The notes under the pieces were generated by a model that saw only the letters and a program-made list of their open reading frames with translations, was not told where the DNA came from and ran no database searches. Of a stretch of 34,768 nucleotides of DNA, positions 11,101 to 23,338 are shown one piece after another. A program made the translations under genes and the position numbers. Each line of letters starts with the position of its first letter. The first letter of the stretch is position 1. The DNA comes from Basidiobolus meristosporus CBS 931.73 (lineage: Eukaryota > Fungi > Basidiobolomycota): the NCBI GenBank assembly GCA_002104905.1, contig MCFE01000799.1, positions 1 to 34,768 of the forward strand, in the 5' to 3' direction.

Positions 11101-12409
11101 TGAGGAGTTTGTATTGGGACTTGAGCTGCTATACTACAAACATAAAGCTGAACAAGTAGATCTCTGCCGCTACTGTATCCATTCTCTACTCCATGTTGCA
11201 TGGTGTGTGGAGAATATTGGGCCTTGCTTCACCTTTTGGGAGTTTCCTATGGAGCAGATGTAAGGGAAGATAGGAAGACAAGTCAAGTTGCAGGTACTAC
11301 CATATCCCAATCTCTTCATGAATATTAACTTCAAGTCTGTTATGGATGTGATGAGTTGGCACATGGAGGACAGCTAGAAAGAGTTGGAAAATACTGAGGA
11401 CAAATGTGCACATGGAGACACCTATGCCTATGGCATTAAGAAGCTAAGCAGCCCCAATGCATGGGTAATCAGTTAAGTAATGCAAAGTTGGGTTGAGTGC
11501 AACAAGCAACTAATTTTAATCAGGAAAACTCTACCAAGAAATGCCAGATTTCTCATGGTCACAAGCCAACATCTACACCATTTAATATGGAATCCACAGA
11601 AACAAAAGCTAGAGCACACCTATAAGGGGGACTAGAATGCAGCAGGGAGAAGGAATATATTGGCTAAATACCAAGAAGTTCTTTGCAGATATTCAGGAGG
11701 TATTCATGGCAGAAATGGTGACAACAAAGCATATGTCTGAAAATGTATAAGTTATAAGCAGTACAAGGTATATGGCAACTTTGCAAGTATCATACTAAAA
11801 AGCTCTAAAGTTGAGGTGATAGAAGTATGTCAATTGTGGCAGGTGTGCACATTTGTAGAGGTTGGTAAGCAGGAGGCCATGGTTTTTTTTTATTCAAACT
11901 ATATGTGGAATACCCACGGTAGTAGTGGGTAAGCTAATAAAGTGGGGTGATTCTATAGTGGAATATATGAATTGCACAAGCAGAGGTAGAGAAAGGAAAT
12001 ACCATTTGATAAATTGGTATGGTAGCATTATACAGAACCAGAGGTAGGCCATCATACTGCCAATATAATGCCATCATAGACTTGCTATGAGGCCATCAAA
12101 ATGCCGTCAAGTTTCTTGTAATATAAGGTAATTGGATGTCCTGGCCAACTGGATCTACTTAAAATAGTATAGAGCGCTGAAAGACCGCAACAATACCATG
12201 CAACTATTGTCACAGCACCAATAAAGTATCAACAAGTTTTATCCCTTTATTTGGCTGTAAAATTAGCAAAACACCATCATGAACCTGTCATAAGATTGTT
12301 AGCAGGGTCACTAATTCCAAGCTGATGGTATTATGATAGTCTCTAAATGGGATCCTGACAGCTGATCTAGATTGGACCCACCCACAGGACCAAATTATTT
12401 TTCATAGGG
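8186..12409 (+). mobile_element. EnSpm/CACTA-like DNA transposon (copy B), interrupted by a solo LTR, degenerate
   Basis: N-terminal Cys/His motif (CCKRREKRLCGYCGKP...HRKYY...C); Transposase_21-like DHAFALALDEF, CCPLILINLNLPP, GDTPAISK; DUF4218-like IHSLLHVA...GPCFTFWEFPMEQ. 3' end reads ...TATTTTTCATAGGG. Confidence 0.9.
9029..10098 (-). repeat. Solo LTR (1070 bp) with 4-bp TSD CTGC/CCGC
   Basis: TGTGGTGG...CCACTACA termini. It splits AGTA-CCGC-ACT, which is intact in copy D at ~21011-21021. TATA-like AAGTATATAAG on the minus strand near 9620. Confidence 0.88.
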
Positions 12410-12934
12410 GGACATGTATGTAAGGTTAGTAATCAGGAAGCCATCTTGATTTTTAATTTATGCTATACAAGGAGCACCCTAAGTGGTAGTGGATAAGCAA
12501 ATAAGCTGGGGTGACACTACAATAGAATATATAAATGCCACAATGGGGGGTAGGAAAAGGAAATAACATTTGGTGAATTAATATAGTAGCATTATATAAT
12601 AGTAGCTTCAGGCTGCCATGCTGCCATTATAATTCCCACAGTGGTTGGCCTCTAGGCTGTTGCACATACTGGCTAGTTAAGTCTGCTTCAATATGCTTAG
12701 GCTGCAATAATACAATTAGAATGCCACCAAATATATGGTAAATAACCACCTAAATATCATCCAGTTTACTTACCTATATAGTGGTTGAATCAGTAAATTA
12801 TGTAACATTCCCATCATGCCATTGTAACAGGGTCAAGAATTTTAAGCTGCCATCATTTTGAAGACCACTTTGCAGCATTGGTAAGGCTGATCTGTAATGG
12901 ATCCACCTGTGAGACCAATTTATTTCTCATAGAG
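12410..12934 (+). mobile_element. Older 3'-terminal fragment of the CACTA-like family
   Basis: Aligns to ~11850-12409 and ends ...TATTTCTCATAGAG. Confidence 0.75.
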
Positions 12935-13356
12935 GATGATAAGTGTTTGGGTCTATTCCATTGGACTTGTGAAGCAGCATTTACCTGGAGTACACTGGAA
13001 GCATTGGGAGTAATATGTTCATATTTTAGGAGTATTTATCCAGTGGTGGAACACCCATATGAACTTGGTGCATCTACAGCTCTTATGAAAGGAGGTGGTG
13101 AAAGGATTTGAGTGGCTATACCACTATCATAAAGCACAATGCATAGATCATTGTCACTACTGTATCTATTTGGCCCTCTATCTTGCTTAGCATGTGGAGG
13201 ATATTAGAACTTGATTCATCTTTACAAGTATCCTATGGAATGAATGTGTGGGGAGATGGAAAGGCCAGTTAAGTCACATGTACTGCCATATCCCAATATC
13301 ATCAGGAATATTATTATCAAGTACATCATCAATGAGATAAGTAGGTATGTACATGA
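12935..13356 (+). mobile_element. Highly diverged CACTA-like DUF4218-region fragment
   Basis: GAGTACACTGGAAGCATTGGGA and neighbouring blocks match ~10990-11320. Confidence 0.65.
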
Positions 13357-15351
13357 CCCTTTGAAAAATAGTCTGGTTGTGTGGGTGGATCAAGTCAAGA
13401 TCAGCAATCAGAATTTCTAAATAAGTACATCATAACACCAACATATTGGACTAACTGACCCTCCACACAATCATTTAACAGGATTGTGATGGTGTTCAGC
13501 TGATTTTACTGCCATACACAGTAAAACCTTGATGGTTGTTAAATGGTCTTTTGACAATGATTGCATGACATTGTAACAGTCCTAATGCGCTCTATTAATT
13601 TGAACAGACCTAACTGGCTAATACATCCAATTGTCTAATATGGCAAGAAGCTCAACAGTGCTCTAATAGCCTTGTTGCAAGCCTCTGCCTGCATTATAAC
13701 AGCGGTATGCTTACAAATAGTTCTATATAATGCTATCATATCAACTTAACTGTTGTGAAAACTTGTAATTCCACCAAGTATTCACCTAACTGAGAATCTT
13801 TGATATTTGCCTTCTGATCCTAGAGAATACTGACCAAATTCCTTGTCAGCATTTACTTGGAGTATTTTCACCAAAATATCAGGTACCCAAAACAGGAAAA
13901 TCTCAAAGTTGTCCAAATAGCCCAAACTTAGTAATCATGTACATGGGACCTTCCTTAACCAATTCAATGTGCTTGTTATTCCAATACCATGTCAAGGAAT
14001 AATATTACAATTACATTCAATAAAACGTTATGTGAACACCACATAATCTACTTGTTCTCCCAATTTCTTCTAATATCTCCAGGGCACTAGCAACATTAAC
14101 AAATGGTATTTTCTTTTTCTACCTCCCCTAGTGCCACTCTTATATTCTGCTGTGAATCACCTCTCTTTATTAGCTAACTCATCACTACCATGTGTGTTCT
14201 GCATACAGCTTTAATCAAAAAATATATGGCCACCTGCTTACTAACTGCTTCATATGTGCACACCTGCTGCAACTGATATGCTTCTATCACCTCAGCTTTA
14301 TAGCCTTTTATTGAGATACTTGCAAAGCTGCCATATATCTTGTATTGCTGGTAACATGTGCATCTTGAAAACTTATTCTATGTTACTACCACTTTTGCCC
14401 TGAATACCTCCAGAATTTCCATAAAGAACTTTTTGATATTTAAGCAATGATTCCTTCTTTCTGTTCAATTCTAGTCCCCCTTATAGGTGCATTCTGGCTT
14501 TTGCTTGTATGATTCTATATTGGATGGCATACAAGTTGGCAAATGACTAGGAGAATCCCAGCATACATTGATGAAGTTGTTGTAATAAAATTCAGTTGCA
14601 TATTGCACCCAACCCCACTTTGCATTACTTAACCAATTACTCATGGACTGGGGTTGCTTAGCTTTTTAAAGCCATAGGCATAAGTATCTCCATGTGCACA
14701 TCTGCCCTCAGTATTTTTCAGCAGTTCCTGGCTGTCCTCCACGTGCCAACTCATCACACACACAACTAACTAGAAGGCAATACTTTTCATGAGATTGGGA
14801 TAAGACATTAACTGCAACTTGACTTGTCTTCTGATCTTCCCACCTATCTGCACCATAGGAAAGTCCCAAAAGGTGAAGCAGGGTGCAACATTCTCCACAC
14901 ACTAAGCAAGATGAAGTGGAGAATGGCTTACTACTTAGCTGTTTGCAATGTTTGCCATCAAATGTATCTGATATGTTTGTGCTTGATTGATACTGAGTAC
15001 AGTACTTTATAGCTTCACAATATTTGTTGAACTACATGAGCTTCTTTATACCGGGTGATACCAGAATATATCCATAATGTGAACAATATTTTCCCCCAAA
15101 AGTGGTGGATTCCTGACAAGTTGGACACCTTGTAATGGTGGCATTTTCTGATGTGAGCGTCATGGAACTGTCAACACATGCTGGTATCAGGATGGTCTCT
15201 GGGTCATATTTTGCCAGCTGCATGACTGTTATCCATTTGAATCATGTACACTATAAGTTGTATTCAAAAATGATTTAGGCAAGCAGAAGTAGTAAATCCT
15301 TTAAGCCCCCATCACTGATATTTGTGGAAATTCCAGTTGATAGATTACAGG
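13357..15351 (-). mobile_element. CACTA-like copy C (minus strand), internally deleted, interrupted by a Copia solo LTR
   Basis: CCCTTTGAAAAATAG at 13357 is the reverse complement of the shared 3' terminus. ORF 15032-15223 matches the N-terminal region. Sequence jumps from early Transposase_21 to DUF4218 near 14930. Confidence 0.85.
13751..14095 (+). repeat. Copia solo LTR (345 bp) with perfect 5-bp TSD TTAAC
   Basis: TGTTG...CAACA termini, TTAAC at 13746-13750 and 14096-14100. Homologous to the reverse complement of 19042-19391. Confidence 0.93.
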
Positions 15352-16429
15352 TGTGGTGGTGTATAAGTCCAAAGGGCAAAAAACAGCCAACACTTCTTAA
15401 GTGTGAATGTGCGTGGGGTGTTCACTGGGTGCAATAACCTCTGGCAAATGCTTGCTAGGAATACTGGGTCTTTTGTCTAATCTAATGTGAAGGGGGATAA
15501 AGCCTCAAGCTTGTCAAGGGAAAACTATTGAACTACAATCCCCAACTTAGTTGGCGTCTTAACAAGAGTTTATAATGGCTTCAATGTCCTTTGAGATGAC
15601 AATGTACTAAAGCTTCTAAAGTCAAAACAACTGTAAACTCCACTAACAGGGACTTGATAAGAATGCAGCTTTAACCAATAGTTACAAAGACTGAAAAGTA
15701 TCTTTGCCTGTACAAGAACAAACTTGGGAAAACAATCAAATATAATAAAATATACCTGCTCTGAGTATTCCTCACAAGTAGTGCCTCCAAGGTCAGTTGG
15801 CTGTCAGCATGGTTTTCTGGGAGTATAGTTGGGTCTGAGTCAGAAAGTAGTGGTAATAGGCAGCAGTGATCTCACTAATCAATAAGTTGGAATATTAGAA
15901 GAGGGATGATTTATTCTAAGGGATAGCCCCCCTTATATACTTTTTTGCTGCTCAAATCCTTGCTAGAAAATACTTTCCAGAAGTTTCCAGAAGGTAGTAG
16001 ACAGCAATCATGTCATTGTGTATTAAAAATAGTGCAAATTCTTGGCAGATTGTTCCGTGAGACATAGTAGCACCTAGCCAATAAGGTAGTGGTAATATGA
16101 AACCCCTGTGTCATGTAGTTGCCTCTTATGGTAGTAGGATAGGAGGGTTATGAAGCCAAGATGGTCACATGATATGGGCACTGTTGGGGGTACTTGCCCT
16201 ATATAGTAGCTATCTTATCTTGGCATCTTGGCAAGGAATAGGAATAGCTTGTGCAATGGGTTAATAGTGACAAATGGTCTGTCAGGTTGCATAGTAATAA
16301 TCACATAGACAGAATAGAAAATATTGCAATTTGGGATGATACTAATATAGGGGGGGTAATCCTTTTTAGGGAAGTGAACATATGGGAATGAGCACATCTG
16401 CCTGTGGGTGTGACTGTGACCCCACTACA
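15352..16429 (-). repeat. LTR (1078 bp) of the same family as 9029-10098
   Basis: Same TGTGGTGG...CCACTACA termini. 15352-~15950 is closely similar to 9029-~9630. No matching TSD (CAGG vs CCAG). Confidence 0.85.
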
Positions 16430-16433
16430 CCAG

Positions 16434-17162
16434 TGTGGTAGGGTAGACATTCCTCCCACAGACAAGTTTATTCATGTAGCTATTATGATGTATTTATTCA
16501 TATCTTATCTTATCAGTTTTATCCCATTATTCTTTTGCCCATATTATTAGTATTATCTCCATATGATATTTACCCTGATTAGTTATTAGCATTAGCTATT
16601 GCAGATGTTATTCAGCTTTGTGTTCTATATCTGTATCTACATTAGGCAATTACCTGCATCAGTACCTGTGACACATGACCTAAGTCTGTGTTACCATCCC
16701 TACTATTTAAATATCATATACGGTATCTGTATGATGCACAGGTTTCAGACTACTGATCCCTGATTGGTTGCATGTGCTGTGCCTTTTAGAACCTTCCAGG
16801 ACATTCTTGGCATATTTTTAGCACAAAGTAATATCATCAGGAAGTCCACTGATGCCTGGAATCTTCCAGAACCTTGCCATTAGTAATCACTTGGCAATCA
16901 GGAAAAGTATTTAAGGGAAGGCAATCCCTCTTCAATAAATCATCCCTTCTACCAGCAACACTTTCCCCTTATTGATTAGCAGTTAATCACTGCACCAACC
17001 TTTAACAGTTACACCTCAGACTTGCCATCAAGGAGCTTTTCAGGGAAGTGCACAAGACACACAGAGGCCTTTGAAGACACTTGGAGCATCTAGGATGCTA
17101 GAGTGGCAGGGGCTTTTACCATAGTGACATATTGACAAAGACACCAGCAGTATTCTGTTATA
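16434..17162 (+). repeat. Related LTR variant (~729 bp), opposite orientation, abutting the truncated Copia integrase
   Basis: Starts TGTGGTAG. 16434-~17000 aligns to the reverse complement of ~9540-10098. Ends TGTTATA (TGTTACA with C>T). Confidence 0.7.
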
Positions 17163-19029
17163 ACTCCTATTTTTAAGATATACAGCAGTGGCAACTGATT
17201 CCGCCCAAAAATCATAGGATAATTTTTGATCATGAATCATAGATCTTGCCATATCAGTTATTGATCTGTTAGCACATTCTGCTACTCCATTTTGCTGTGG
17301 GGAGTATGGTACAGTAGTCTCTTGCTTTATCCCATGAATTTTGCAGAAGTGGATGAAGAGTTTTGAGGTATATTCTCCACCATTGTCAGAGTGTATTTTC
17401 TTGATTTTTTCACCAGTTTCTCTCTCCACCATGGCTTTAAACTCCCTGAACTTAGACACAGCTTCCTCCTTTCTCTCCATGAAGTAGACCCATGTGTATC
17501 TTGTATAATCATCAATAAAAGTGATTAAATACTTCATCCCACCTAAGGATAAATTTTGCATAGGTCCACAAAGATCTGAGTGAATTAGATCTAATTTTTT
17601 CTTAGTTTTGATTAACCCAGAGCTCTTGAACAGTTGTCTGGCTTGTTTCCCATATATGCAGGCTTCACAGTGCTCTAAATTAGCTGGGGATCAATTTTCT
17701 CTCCAGAAATTAGCTGATATTTGATCATTTTACACAAATACTCAAAATTGATGTGTCCAAATCTCCTGTGCCAAAGCATTGGTGTTTCTTCATTTAAGTT
17801 ACTTATATTGGCTTCCAAATATGATGGAATATAAGTCAACTTGTATAGATTCTGATCTCTGATGCCCAAAGCAATATGGGCACCATTTTGATCAGTGATC
17901 TTGCATCCAGAATTGTCAAAATTGAAACTGAGTCCTTCTGCTGTGGCCTTGCTTACAGATAGTAGGTTCTTGGCTATTTCTGGTACATAGAGTACTTCTT
18001 TAAAGGTCAGTGTATGGCTTCCTTCACTGCTTCTTAGGTTTGCTTGGATAGTTCCTTCTACCACTGCATCAAGTGTTATATCATCACCCATGCAAACCTT
18101 CTTAATTGGAATTTCTTGATTTGGGTAAAAAGTTCTTTCTGGTGTGTAAAGTGTTGAGATGCTCCAGAGTCAATATACCACATCTGAGAATCCTTGTTTG
18201 TGGTCACATTTAGTGCTGATATGAATAGTCTATCTTTAGTTGTTGCAGCATTTCCATATTGAGGCTTCTTTTGCTGATTATCTTTATTTTTGAGACACCG
18301 GTCTGATGTGTGCCCTTTCCTTTTGCAGTAGTTGCAAAATAGGTTGCTGTTCCTTTGTAGGGTCTTGGGTACCTCCTTTGTTGGTTATCATTGCTTATTA
18401 AAGCATTTTCTTCTTCCTTATTATTGGCGCTTGATTTTCTTAATTCTTCATCCAGGAGCCTTCCATATACGTAATTTAAGGTTAAATCTTCAGTTCTGGA
18501 CTCTAGGGCTAATACAAGGCCCTGAAACACATCTGTCATGCTATTCAGGATGGTAACTATCACATCCTCATCAGTAGTTGGTACGCCCACAGATTCCATC
18601 TCATCTACCAGCAGGGTAATTCTGTTAATTAGATTTTTCATTTCTTCTCCTGGCAGCATCTTTGTAGTAAAGAGTTTTTGTCTCAGATACATTTTCTTAG
18701 CAGCTGAACATGACTGGTAGGTGTCTTTTAGTGCTTTCCAGGCATTTTTTGCCATTTTTGCTCTTGAGCATTGAATTAGCAATTTGTCCTTGACATTAAG
18801 GCAAATGCAGTTAAAGGCACTTTGTTCTTTCTTCTGGTACTTTAAGACTTCCTCTCCCACATTTTTAGGAGGGCATTCTTCTCCCATGATAATATCCCAA
18901 AGGCCTGTTTCTTGTAGCAGCATCTTCTTCTTCACCTTCCACACTTGGTAGTTATATCCATCCAACTTTTCAGCAGAGGGAAAAATTCCAGTAATAGCAG
19001 TAGTAGACATTGCAGAGAGTGACAGCTTG

Positions 19030-19041
19030 GGGCTCATAACC
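19030..19041 (-). other. Copia primer-binding site GGTTATGAGCCC
   Basis: Lies immediately after the LTR CA and matches the copia-type PBS for the internal region of initiator tRNA-Met. An identical site is at 24088-24099. Confidence 0.85.
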
Positions 19042-19391
19042 TGTTGTAAGAGTCTTAGTGATATTGGAAGTGATTTGGAGAACAAGTAGATTATGTGGTT
19101 TTCACTTTAATGACTTATTGAATGTAGAAGTAGTATTTATACTTTTACCTGGTCTTGTCATTACAAACATGTAGAATAGGTTAAGGAAGGTCCCAAGAAT
19201 ATGTGTGCAAAGTTTGGGGCTGTTTGGACAACTTTGAGAATTTTCATGTTCTGGGTACCTGGTATTTTGGTGAAAATATTCTAAGTAAATCCCGACAAGG
19301 AATTTGGTCAGTATTCTCTAGGATTTGAAGGTAATGATCTAGGTGACTAAGTTAGGTGAATATTTAGGTGGAATTACAAATTTTTACAACA
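19042..19391 (-). repeat. Copia 5' LTR (350 bp)
   Basis: TGTTGTAAAA...TTACAACA on the minus strand. Four copies are in the window. Confidence 0.92.
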
Positions 19392-22300
19392 AGTGCAATG
19401 TCTCAAATACAAGGCTATCCTAAATTCACATGAGTATTGACAACAAAATGATAGAACAGCATTACATTGCTAAGAGTCAAACTGTTTGCCCCATGGACAA
19501 GACTACTTTGATTCAATGCTGTAACAGAAGAGAAAAAATACCATGTGGCTATTGTGGCAAGCCTCTCAGCTATGAAGCATGCAGACAGAATAGGAAGTAT
19601 TACAAGGACCATGGCCAGTGTTTGCCACACAAGTCATATATAAGCATTCATAGGTCGCTACTGTACCAACATTATCTTGCCAGCCAGTTGATACTTCTAT
19701 ATTGGCACCTGGCCATCTTTGTTACCTTGCGCAAACTGAGTCAGGTGAGTTTGTGATGCCTTTAGGCTCACCTCAGCCTTCTGAATATGGCATGCAGGTG
19801 ATAGCTCTGACAAAGAAGGTTCACTGATGGATTTTGAGCTTATCTTCCCTAACAACAGTACCATGTATAAGCCTGGTCAAGTCCCTATATGCAATGAGAC
19901 AACACCCATTGAAACTAGTGCCAAGGATACTTTATGGAGCCAAGTGAGCCCAGTAATCCATCTACTAGGGAATGATGTAATGTTGTGGCTAGAGAAGTGG
20001 TGTGTTTCCACTAATATCAGTAATAGGGGCTTTGAGCATATATTACTACTTCTTGCCAAAATCATACCAGGATGCAACTTACCATGTACATGGTACAAGT
20101 GGACAACCATCATGCAGCTGGCAACATATGATCCAGAGACTCTCCTGATGTTATATCCTAGAGAAAAGTCTAATAAAACTCTTGAATGAGTTAACTGAAC
20201 CTAAATGACAACTAAGTGCAGAATCTTAAAATTGTCAAGAGTGCCAGAAATATTAGCAGAGAGGTTCTGGTCTAATATTGGTCTTATATATTGCAGAGTT
20301 GGGCTATAAAGGCAACAGAGTAGGTTTGCTATGCAGGCTAGGCTTGGTGTTCTTGAGAGTGCTAGATATGCTAAACTTGGGTAGAAACTAGAATGGGTTT
20401 GTCAAATTCTTAATTTTGTTGAGACACACACTAAACCAAAAGGTTCAGTAAGCTTTATTTATACTTTTCTGATTAAGTTGCATTAGTAAGCACCAAGAGA
20501 CTGGACTAATTGAAATCTGTTGGGGTGTTGATAGGTGCATAAAATAAATGAAAAATTGCCTCATTAATCAGCTGATGTCTTGGCAACTGCTAAGTGGTTG
20601 GATAAATCTGAGATGACTAATCACTTGGAAAGATTTAGCAGATCACTTGAGGACATAATGACCACATGAAAATTGATCAGGTGTGACAGCTAAATATAGA
20701 TTCTGAGAAGTGATAAAATAATCCATAACAGGGATTAGTTATGTTTGGGTTAGGGAAAATCAGTTAGGGTACTAGATTTTCTAACAGAGTGAAATTGGCC
20801 AAGTTTTAAATGTTGATGCACAACACTTAATTCAAGCATGTGTTAACAGTTGCATGGCATTCACATCCAAAAATGCTACCATTGCAACATGTCCAAATTG
20901 TCAGGAATCCACCACCATTGAGGGAAAATATTGCTCACACTCTGGATATATTCCAGTCATACCCTGTCTGAGGAAGCTCATGCAGTCTGACAAATATTGC
21001 AAAGCTATACAGTACCGCACTAAGTATCAATCAAGCATAAACATATCTAATATATTTGCTAGCAAGCATTACAAACAGCTAAGAAGCAAGGGCTACTTTG
21101 AAGGTATGTATGACCATGCCTTTGCTTTAGCACTTGATGGATTCTCATTAAACAAGTACTCTATCAGCAAATCCTGCTGGCCACTGATTTTCATCAATCT
21201 GAATCTGCTGCCCATCTTACGGCATCAGAGCAATAATCTGATGGTAGTCTCACTGGTATCTGGGCCTAAATCACCATCTAACCTGGATAGCTACCTGTAT
21301 CCATTGCTGGATGAATTTTGTATGCTTTCCAGTGTGATAACAGTATATGGCCATCATGTAAAAGCGCATATTATTATCTGCATTGGAGATACCCCAGCCA
21401 TCAGCAAGATGGCAGGTTTTTCCAGGCACAATGGATGGTATTGCTGTCAAATGTGTGAGATCTAGGGCATTTACTCCATAACCCACACACATTATTATTA
21501 CCCAAACACCAGCACTAAGAACATCATCTTTCCACAGTGAGAACGTACAGAAGTAAGCTTGCAATTGCAGCAAAGTTGGCAAGCTATAAGCCCTCAGCCA
21601 GAATATGGAATCAATTGGAAACCAGAGATACTTAAGATAGAGGGTATCTATTGGAGCAAAAGCTTTCCACTGGAAGCAATACATTTACTTTTCAGCAATA
21701 TACCTATACTGATGACCAAGTTGTACATGGGACATTTCAAGCTAAATGAGCCCTTCAAGATACCAGAGAAATTTGAAAGAATTGGCAAGATATTACAGAG
21801 TATCCACTACCCTAAGTACTTCTCACAGGCTCCAATTAATATTCATACGCATATCCAACAATACAAATGCAAAGACTGGATGAACTGGATATGTATTTAT
21901 TCAAGAGGTGTTCTGAAACCATCCCTACCAAGAGTACATTGGAAGCATTGGGAGTCATATGTGGACATTGTAGGAAAATTTATTAAGAAGCTGATCACCA
22001 ATGCCAGCTTGATGCATCTACAGCTGTTGTGGAGGAGTTTGTAATGGGACTTGTGCAGCTATACTACAAACATAAAGCTGAATGCGTAGATCTCTGCTGC
22101 TACTGTATCCATTCTCTACTCCATGTTGCAAGGTGTGTGGAGAATATTGGGCCTTGCTTCACCTTTTGGGAGTTTCCTATGGAGCAGATGTGTGGGGAAA
22201 TAGGAAGACAAGTCAAGTTGCAGGTACTACCATATGCCAATCTCATCAAGAATATTATCTTCAAGTCCTTCATGGATGTGATGAGTTGGCACATGGAGGA

Positions 22301-23338
22301 CAGCCAGAAAGAGTTGGAAAATACTGAGGACAAATGTGCACATGGAGACACCTATGCCTATGGCATTAAGAAGCTAAGCAGCCCCAATGCATGGGTAATC
22401 AGTTAAGTAATGCAAAGTTGGGTTGGGTGCAACAAGCAACTAATTTTTATCAGGAAAACCCCCCAAGATATGCTAGATTTCTTGTGGTCACAAGCCAACT
22501 TCTACACCACTTAATACGGAATCCACAAAAACAAAAGCCAGAGCACACCTATAAGGGGGCTAGAATCCAGCAGGGAGAAGGAATATATTGGCTAAATACT
22601 GAGAAGTTCTTTGCGGATATTTGGGACGTATTCATGGCAGAAGTGGAACAACTAAGCATGTGTTTGCAAGATATATATGTTACCAGCAGTACAAGGTATA
22701 TGGCAACTTTGCAAGTGTCACACTAAAAAGCCATAAAGTTGAGGTGATAGAAGTATGTCAATTGCAGCAGGTGTGTGCATTTGTAGAGGTTAGTAAGCAG
22801 GAGGCCATAGTTTTTTTTGATTCAAACTATTTGTGGAATACCCAAGGTAGTAGTGGGTAAGCAAATAAAGAAAGGTGATTCTACAGTGGAATATATGAAT
22901 TGCACAAGGGGAGGTAGAAAAAGGAAATACCATTTGGTAAATTAGTAAAGTAGCATTATACAGAATCAGCAGCAGGCCATCATACTGCCAATATAATGCC
23001 ATCAGAGTCTTGCTGTGAGGCCATCAAAATACTGTCAGGTTTCTTGCCATATAAGGCATTTGGATGACCTGGCTGACTGGATCCACTTAAAATAGTTATA
23101 GAGCACTGAAAGACTGCAACAATACCATGCAAATATTGTTACAGCACCAATAAATTATTGTGAAGTTTTATCCCTCTATTTGGCTGTAAAATTAGCAAAA
23201 CACTGTCATGATCTTGTCATAAGATTGTTAGGAGGGTCACTAATTCTAAGCTGCTGTTATTATGATGGTCTCTAAACAGTATCCTGATGGCTGATCTGGA
23301 TTGGATCCACCTGCGGGACCAAATTATTTTTCATAAGG
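19392..23338 (+). mobile_element. EnSpm/CACTA-like copy D, the most complete copy, interrupted by a solo LTR, degenerate
   Basis: ORFs 19430-19756, 20854-21465, 21559-22044 and 22029-22406 cover the zinc-finger-like, Transposase_21-like (LDGF, CWPL, GDTPA, GHNG-like motif with CxxC) and DUF4218-like regions. Ends ...TATTTTTCATAAGG. Confidence 0.92.
20149..20825 (-). repeat. Solo LTR of a further family (677 bp), degenerate 5-bp TSD CCTGA/CTTAA
   Basis: TGTT...AACA termini. It interrupts the CCTGA-TTGCAGCATGTG junction that is intact at ~8835-8852. Orientation is inferred only from a TATA-like AAGTATAAATAAAG on the minus strand. Confidence 0.75.

Larger units (their letters stand above)
17163..19391 (-). 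mobile_element. Ty1/Copia retrotransposon copy 1: 5' LTR, PBS, gag, PR and INT; truncated before RT
   Basis: gag KLDGYNYQVWK...AKKMYLRQKLF; knuckle CNYCKRKGHTSDRC (frameshifted); WYIDSGASQH; WHRRFGH; LIHSDLCGPM...FIDDYTRYTWVY...SDNGGEY...PQQNGVAE. Confidence 0.95.
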
